NCBI GenBank assembly: GCA_965199495.1
Contig: CBDASK010000003.1
Coordinates: 4,655,682 to 4,719,681 of the forward strand
DNA from: Abditibacterium sp.
GTDB taxonomy: Bacteria > Armatimonadota > Abditibacteriia > Abditibacteriales > Abditibacteriaceae
Direction of reading: 5' to 3'
DNA length: 64,000 bases
Positions 58,020 through 64,000 of the stretch are shown one piece after another. How positions within the stretch are numbered: the first letter of the stretch is position 1; each line of letters begins with the position of its first letter. A program made the position numbers and the translations under genes. The notes beneath the pieces were generated by a model that ran no database searches, was not told the origin of the DNA, and was given only the letters and a program-made list of their open reading frames with translations.

Positions 58020-58676
58020 TTAAGGTTCATTTTTAACCATGTTGGCGTAAGGATCGGAATCGCTCCAAGGTCGCAAAGGAATTAATTCAAAGGTGGATTG
58101 AAGACGCGGGCCAGAAGCGACTAAAGCCCGTTGAGTAAGAGCACCTGCAATTCCTTTAGGCATAGGAGAAGGCTTACCCGCAACGGCCTCAAGTTGCATT
58201 TTGAGATTCGGGTGAGCGAGTGACGATCTACAATAAACGTTGAACATCATGAAATCTGGCGAGCCACAGATTTCATCCACAATCAACACATCTTCTACAA
58301 AAGCGTTTTTTGTAGTATCTATAACGAAAGGCGACACAATGTTTTTGAAGCGCGCTGACGTGACGGTTTTTCCATTGATGATTTGAACGGACTTGGCTTG
58401 TATCATCCAAGCGTCGCCCAGCGCAAGAGGCGTGGTTTTGCGCCCTTCGACTTTTGCGGTGAACAACACAGAGTGATTGTAGCCCAGTCGCTGAATTTGA
58501 GCGTCCGTAGACATAATTGCAATTGTGTCAATTCTGGAGTGAAGCGGGCCACTATTGCGTTCGTGTTCTTTAGCATTGCGCTCTTTTTGCGCGCGCGAAA
58601 TCCACGCGCCCGCGCCAATTAACAAGATGAGCGGGACGCAAATCAAACCGAGTTCGCGGAGAATTTTAGGTTTCAT
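58020..58676 (-). CDS. Hypothetical membrane-anchored protein
   Basis: N-terminal TM helix; AT-richer body; no recognised motif. Confidence 0.55.
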   Translation of the reverse strand: MKPKILRELGLICVPLILLIGAGAWISRAQKERNAKEHERNSGPLHSRIDTIAIMSTDAQIQRLGYNHSVLFTAKVEGRKTTPLALGDAWMIQAKSVQIINGKTVTSARFKNIVSPFVIDTTKNAFVEDVLIVDEICGSPDFMMFNVYCRSSLAHPNLKMQLEAVAGKPSPMPKGIAGALTQRALVASGPRLQSTFELIPLRPWSDSDPYANMVKNEP

Positions 58677-58734
58677 CGGCGCAGAGAGTTTAGCGAGCAA
58701 GCAGGGAACAGACAGATTTGTAAACCTAAAAATA

Positions 58735-58769
58735 GAAACGCCGCCGCTTCCAAAAAGCGGCGGCGTTTC
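58735..58769 (-). terminator. Hairpin/terminator downstream of alaS
   Basis: gaaacgccgccgctt-ccaaa-aagcggcggcgtttc. Confidence 0.7.
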
Positions 58770-58785
58770 GGTCTATCATGCACTT

Positions 58786-61371
58786 TTAGGCGCTAACCAG
58801 TTCCGGCGCGCGGCTCAACGCTTCGTCAATTTTACCCGCGTCTTTGCCGCCCGCCTGCGCGAAATCGGGCCGTCCGCCGCCGCCGCCGCCCGTCATCGTC
58901 GCCAACTGTTTCACAATATTGCCCGCGTGCGCGCCAGCAGCCACGGCGGCTTTGCTGGCTTTGACGGCCCAGATCACTTTGCCGTCCGATTCGGCGGCTA
59001 AAACCACTACGCCATCCAATTTATCGGCCAAAGTGTCGGCCAATTCGCGCAAAGAATTTTTGTCCAAACCTTGCGGCGCCCGGCTCGCCACGAATTTGAT
59101 GCCGTTGCTTTCGCTCGCGCCCGACAGAATATCGTCGGTCGCGCCGCCCGCCAATTTGCGTTGCGATGCCGCCAATTCGCGTTCGAGTTCGCGCACGCGC
59201 GCGCTGAGTTTCTCGGCGGCGGGCAACGCGTTTTCGGAGCGCGCGCCCAAAACGCCCGCCACATCGCGCAACGTCTGCGCTTGCTGACGGTCGTAATCCA
59301 AAGCGCGAAGTCCAGTCAACGCTTCGATGCGCCGCACATTGGCGCTCACGCCGGTTTCGCCCAAAATGCGAAAAGTGCCCGCCGCCGATGTCGTCGGCAG
59401 GTGAGTGCCGCCGCACAGTTCGAGTGAGAAGTCGCCCATTTTCACGGTGCGCACGACATCGCCATATTTCTCGCCAAACAGCGCCATCGCGCCCATCGCT
59501 TTGGCTTCGGCCAAAGTTTTCTCGGCGATTTCAACCGGCGTTGATTTGAGAATTTCTTCGCTAACGGTGTTTTCGACGAGGGTAATTTCGGTGGGCTTCA
59601 TCGGCTCGAAATGCACGAAATCGAACCGCAAGCGGTCGGCCTCGACGAGCGAACCGCGTTGTTGAACGTGCGCGCCCAAATGTTCGCGCAAAGCCGCGTG
59701 CAACAAGTGCGTCGCCGAATGCGCGCGCTCGATGGCGCGGCGACGATTCACATCAACCGTCGCCGTCACGGATTCGCCTTCGTTTAAATCGCCTTCGATT
59801 TCGACCGAGTGAACCCATGTCTTGCCTTCTTTTTTGGTATCGAGAACGCGCGCGATGCCATTTTCGCCGACGATTTCGCCGGTATCGCCGACTTGGCCAC
59901 CGCTTTCGGCGTAAAATGGCGAACGATCCAACACGATTTTTCCGTCGCGAATCGCGACAATCTGCGCTTCACATTGCGTTTGCGAATAGCCAACGAACTC
60001 GGTTTTCAAATCGCCAAACTCGGAAACCGCGTATTCGCCGACGGCGCTACCCGAAGTTTTCGAGTGCGCCTGCGCAGCCACACGGTAGCCTTCGTCATCA
60101 ATCGAAATGCCTTTCTGTCCGGCAATATCCTGCGTCAGTTCGCGCGGGAAGCCGTAGGTTTCATACAAGCGAAAGACTTCCTCGCCCGCGATTTGGGTTT
60201 CGCCGCGACTTTGGAGCGACGCAACGATGTCGTCCAAACGCCCGATGCCCGCTTCAATCGTGCTTTCAAAACGCTCTTCCTCGCGCTCGATGAGGCCGGT
60301 GATAATGCTCTGGCGCTCGACTAATTCGGGATAAACGTCGCCGTAACTTTGCACGACGGTGGGAATCAGGCGATACAAAAATGGCTTGTCCAAACCTAAA
60401 TTGCGCCCGTTCAAAAACGCGCGGCGAATAAAGCGACGCAGCATATAATCGCGGCCCGCCGCGCCGGGCGTGACACCATCGGCGGCCAGAAAAATCGCCG
60501 CGCGCACATGATCGGCGATGATGCGCGCCGGGCGCGTCGTCGGGTCGGCGGGATTCAAAGCGGGCGTGGATAAATCGAATGGTAAATCACCGGGTTGTTT
60601 GGCGGCGAAAATCGCGTTAATAATCGGCGCGAACAAGTCGGTTTGGTGAATGGTGTCCACGCCCTGCAAAATCGCCGCGACGCGTTCGAGTCCCATGCCC
60701 GTATCAATGCCGGGCGCCGGCAGTGGCAATAATTCGCCGTTTTCGGTCTGGTTGTATTGCTGAAAAACCAGATTCCAGATTTCGCCGTAACGGTCGCCGT
60801 CGCCGCCGGGCCGGTCGAGTTCGGCGTCACCGGTGTCGTATTTGGCGCCTCGATCATAGAAAATTTCCGAATCCGGCCCGCACGGCCCAGATTTGCCGAC
60901 TGGCCCCCACCAATTGTCTTTTTTGCCGAACCGATAAATCCGTTCGTCGCTTAAACCGACATCGTTGCGCCAGATTTTGGGCGCGTCTTCGTCTTCGTGA
61001 TAAACCGAAACCCATAAAACATCGGGATCAATATTCAACTCTTTGATCAAAAATTCCCAGCCCCACACGATGGCGTCGCGCTTGAAATAATCGCCGAAAG
61101 AGAAGTTGCCGAGCATCTCGAAAAACGAAGCGTGGCGCCACGTCACACCGACCTGCTCGATGTCGTCAGCGCGGCAACACTTCTGGCAACTCGCCAGACG
61201 CGTTGCCGGTGGCTGCTCCTCGCCCTTGAAGTAAGGCACGAGCGGTTGCATTCCGGCAGAAGTCAAAAGCGTGGTTGGGTCGGTGGGAATCAGGCTGGAA
61301 GAGGGAACGATGAGCGAATTTTTGGATTGCCAAAATTCGAGAAATTTGGAGCGAAGGTCGTGGCCGGTCAT
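58786..61371 (-). CDS. alaS: Alanine--tRNA ligase
   Basis: DPTTLLTSAGMQ, FFEMLGNFSFGDYFK, IDTGMGLER, HSATHLLH, ELCGGTH, GGGGGRPDFAQAGG. Confidence 0.97.
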   Translation of the reverse strand: MTGHDLRSKFLEFWQSKNSLIVPSSSLIPTDPTTLLTSAGMQPLVPYFKGEEQPPATRLASCQKCCRADDIEQVGVTWRHASFFEMLGNFSFGDYFKRDAIVWGWEFLIKELNIDPDVLWVSVYHEDEDAPKIWRNDVGLSDERIYRFGKKDNWWGPVGKSGPCGPDSEIFYDRGAKYDTGDAELDRPGGDGDRYGEIWNLVFQQYNQTENGELLPLPAPGIDTGMGLERVAAILQGVDTIHQTDLFAPIINAIFAAKQPGDLPFDLSTPALNPADPTTRPARIIADHVRAAIFLAADGVTPGAAGRDYMLRRFIRRAFLNGRNLGLDKPFLYRLIPTVVQSYGDVYPELVERQSIITGLIEREEERFESTIEAGIGRLDDIVASLQSRGETQIAGEEVFRLYETYGFPRELTQDIAGQKGISIDDEGYRVAAQAHSKTSGSAVGEYAVSEFGDLKTEFVGYSQTQCEAQIVAIRDGKIVLDRSPFYAESGGQVGDTGEIVGENGIARVLDTKKEGKTWVHSVEIEGDLNEGESVTATVDVNRRRAIERAHSATHLLHAALREHLGAHVQQRGSLVEADRLRFDFVHFEPMKPTEITLVENTVSEEILKSTPVEIAEKTLAEAKAMGAMALFGEKYGDVVRTVKMGDFSLELCGGTHLPTTSAAGTFRILGETGVSANVRRIEALTGLRALDYDRQQAQTLRDVAGVLGARSENALPAAEKLSARVRELERELAASQRKLAGGATDDILSGASESNGIKFVASRAPQGLDKNSLRELADTLADKLDGVVVLAAESDGKVIWAVKASKAAVAAGAHAGNIVKQLATMTGGGGGGRPDFAQAGGKDAGKIDEALSRAPELVSA

Positions 61372-61669
61372 AGATTTACAGATTTTCTCCGTGAAGAGAG
61401 AAGTTTAGCGAATTGAAGTGCGCGCTCGGAAAAGGGTGGGTTAAATTACTGCTTTTCTCGATTCGTAAAAATCAATTTAAACCCGTTGGGACAAGTGGCG
61501 TCGAAACGCCACTTTTAGGGGTTTTGATTTGGAGCGCCAGAAAAGTTTAGACGAACGAATTGCTATCTCCGATATACTGGAAGCCAGCAAATTTTGAGTT
61601 TGAGCACCAAGCCCCAGTAACGTTGGACTCGTCAGTGAGCGACCAACCATTGATTTCATCGGAGACTTC

Positions 61670-62383
61670 ATGCTTTTTCAGCGTCCGCCCGCCATCAACA
61701 GCCACACCGGGGGCCAATCCCCAAATAACGTCACTTCGGGCGCGGGCAGATCCGCCGCGACGCAGGCCGAGTTCGAGGCCATCGTCGAGAAATATCACGG
61801 CAAAGTTTTTCAACTCGTCTATCGCTATACCGGCGATTACGAGGAAGCCTGCGATTTGACGCAGGATACTTTCGTACGCGCCTTCAACGCGTGGACGGAA
61901 TTTCGCGGCGATTCGCAGGTTTATACGTGGCTCTACCGCATCGCGTTGAACCTCTGCCACAATCAGCAAAAACGACTGCAACGCCGCTACACAATGGAAC
62001 GCTGGTCACTCGATAGCGCGCCCGATGACGATTTCGATTCGCGCGGCCCCGTCGAAGTGGCTGATGAGCGGCCCCTGCCGCTCGCTCGCATTGAGGGCGA
62101 CGAAATGCGTCACCGTCTGCGCGAGGCGCTCATGCAATTGCCCGATAATTATCGCACTGTGATCGTGTTGCGCGACATCGAAGGCATGACCTACGAAGAA
62201 ATCGCGCGCGTCACCGATTCGACGCTCGAAGCGATTAAATCGCGTCTGTTTCGCGCGCGCCAAAATCTGCGCCGCATTTTAGAACCTTATATGCAGGGCG
62301 GATTGGAAAGCTCGCTTGCGCCCGCCGAAGAAGCGACGCGCGATTTGCCCAACTGGGGCAACGCTCGAATCAACCCGGCTTAA
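61670..62383 (+). CDS. ECF sigma-70 factor (RpoE/SigW-like)
   Basis: DLTQDTFVRAF, TWLYRIALN, LP..YRTVIVLRDIEGMTYEEIA, KSRLFRAR. Confidence 0.93.
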   Translation: MLFQRPPAINSHTGGQSPNNVTSGAGRSAATQAEFEAIVEKYHGKVFQLVYRYTGDYEEACDLTQDTFVRAFNAWTEFRGDSQVYTWLYRIALNLCHNQQKRLQRRYTMERWSLDSAPDDDFDSRGPVEVADERPLPLARIEGDEMRHRLREALMQLPDNYRTVIVLRDIEGMTYEEIARVTDSTLEAIKSRLFRARQNLRRILEPYMQGGLESSLAPAEEATRDLPNWGNARINPA

Positions 62384-62405
62384 TTTGGTGGTTTCTGAAA
62401 TATTG

Positions 62406-62442
62406 AAAAAGCCCGTGCATCGCGCGGGCTTTTTTGTTTTTT
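62406..62442 (+). terminator. Intrinsic terminator
   Basis: aaaaagcccgtgc-atc-gcgcgggctttttt. Confidence 0.75.
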
Positions 62443-62839
62443 GTCAAATCTATTTCTATTATGGCGAATTCGACCGGCTCAGTTGAACCTTTGCGCTATT
62501 TTTGCGGAGCTGGGCGCTTACGCTCCGGCTCGCTGTTTTGTCGCAGAGGGCGGGGCTTTTCGGAACCGCTCTAATCATCAAATTTATACGATTGCCCCAT
62601 CGCGATTTGAACCTTTACCCGAATTAGGAAAAACGAACTTCCGACTTTTTGAAACTTTATGGGCGCGCCAAAGTCCCACAAAAAGCGAAATTTCGCGCGC
62701 GTTGTTACAGCGCAGTTCATCGCGCAAGTGCGCAATTTTGCCACTGAACCTGCGGGTTAAGCTAAACTGGCCGCGTTTTGCGGCGTCGTTTTGCCCGACA
62801 TCTCTGTACCTCTCTTTTCGGAGACCTCTCTTTCTACGA

Positions 62840-64000
62840 ATGAAAACGGCTTATATCGCACCTTCCACTGCTCCTTCCATCGTCCGCCGCGCGCGCCTTT
62901 CGCACCGCGCGTTGCTGCCACTTTTTGTGGGAGGTTGCGCCCTGCCCGCCATCAAAGCGCACGCGCAAACGCCGACTATTCAACCGAATGCGGCCCCAAC
63001 GATTAAAACAACGGTTTCTCAAATCCCGACCATCGCGCCCAATCCCACGCTTTCGACCGCGAGCAAGCGCGATGTTTCCTCGAAAATCTCCGCGCCCGCG
63101 CCAGTCAAACCGATGACAGTCAGCGCGCCGGTTCAAGAGCCGATTAAAGCCGAAATTCCGATTAATACGTCGGTGCGCTTGGCGCAGTTGGCGCCCAAAG
63201 ACACCGAAGCGCCCGCGACGCCGCCTGAAACTGGCCCGCAGGGATTGAAAGTGCCAATCGGCCCCGAAATTCCCAACAACGGAGAACCCGCCGCGCCGCC
63301 GCCCGATACCACAACGCCGCCGCCGCGCGTAGAGCCACCGGCGGGCACACCTGTGGACACCACGCCCGATCAGCCACCCATTATCGGCGATGTGCGCGCC
63401 GCCGAGGGTCGCGAAATCTCTGATGTGCGCGTCGTCGGTTCGCGCGTTGTGCCCGCCGATACGATTCTGGCGCAAGTCAGATTGCAGCGCGGCGCCGCCT
63501 TTTCGTCGCGACAGGCGGAACTCGATCTGGGACGCATCAACCAATTGGGTTTTTTCGCGGGCGTCCAAGCCCAGATCGCGCCCGATTTGACCGATCCGAA
63601 CAAAGTCGTTCTGACTTATATCGTTACCGAAAATCGCGTTATCACCGGCTTCGAGTTTTCCAATAATTCGGCGGTCAAGCCCGAAGCCATCACCCCAATT
63701 TTGACTTCCAAAGTTGGAACTGTGCTCAATCGCAACTCGGTCACGACCGACGTGACGGCGATTCAAAAGCTCTATCAGGACAAAGGCTTCGCGGTTTTAG
63801 TGCTTAGCGCCCAACAAACCGAGGCGGGCATACTGGTCTTCGATTTGGCCGAAGCCACGATTTCCGAGGTCAATATCGTTGGCCTCAAGAAAACCAAGGA
63901 AAGTTTGGTGCGCCGCCAAATTCGCATCAAGCCGGGCGATACCTTCGACGACGCCAAATTGCGTCAGGATTTGAATCGGCTCTACGATACCAACTTCTTC
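62840..64000 (+). CDS. bamA: BamA/Omp85-family protein, N-terminal part (Pro-rich linker plus POTRA domains; 3' truncated)
   Basis: Frame open from ATG 62840 to the window end: signal peptide AHA-Q, Pro-rich region, POTRA repeats (ISDVRVVG...DLGRINQLGFF; ISEVNIVGLKKTK...DLNRLYDTNFF). Confidence 0.8.
   Translation, partial: MKTAYIAPSTAPSIVRRARLSHRALLPLFVGGCALPAIKAHAQTPTIQPNAAPTIKTTVSQIPTIAPNPTLSTASKRDVSSKISAPAPVKPMTVSAPVQEPIKAEIPINTSVRLAQLAPKDTEAPATPPETGPQGLKVPIGPEIPNNGEPAAPPPDTTTPPPRVEPPAGTPVDTTPDQPPIIGDVRAAEGREISDVRVVGSRVVPADTILAQVRLQRGAAFSSRQAELDLGRINQLGFFAGVQAQIAPDLTDPNKVVLTYIVTENRVITGFEFSNNSAVKPEAITPILTSKVGTVLNRNSVTTDVTAIQKLYQDKGFAVLVLSAQQTEAGILVFDLAEATISEVNIVGLKKTKESLVRRQIRIKPGDTFDDAKLRQDLNRLYDTNFF

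Overview
GC-rich bacterial chromosomal segment from a diderm organism (BamA, TonB-dependent receptors, MurJ). The gene mix of large Alu-type SRP RNA, RicT, YfhO, UPF0182 and outer-membrane barrels suggests a Terrabacteria diderm such as Abditibacteriota/Armatimonadota; this is inference, not tested. Housekeeping genes (argS, alaS, dnaX, murJ, murQ, rfbB, cysH, a phosphohexomutase, bamA) are interleaved with a nitrogen set (glnB-glnII-glnA plus two amt genes), a btuB gene under a cobalamin riboswitch, three tRNAs and SRP RNA. Main observations: (1) the non-palindromic octamer CGTGGCTG/CAGCCACG occurs about 51 times (hand count) on both strands and in all six reading frames, resembling a DNA-uptake-sequence-like or methylase-linked genomic signature; (2) a four-gene trans-envelope signalling locus pairs a FecR-TPR-beta-barrel protein with a CHASE2 class III cyclase; (3) dnaX carries a homing-endonuclease intein that resembles mycobacterial RecA inteins; (4) a Sak4-like ATPase with a zinc ribbon lies beside a tRNA(CAT); (5) several families of long intergenic palindromes occur with no transposase in the window; (6) two genes are interrupted. 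All calls were made by eye with no database searches.
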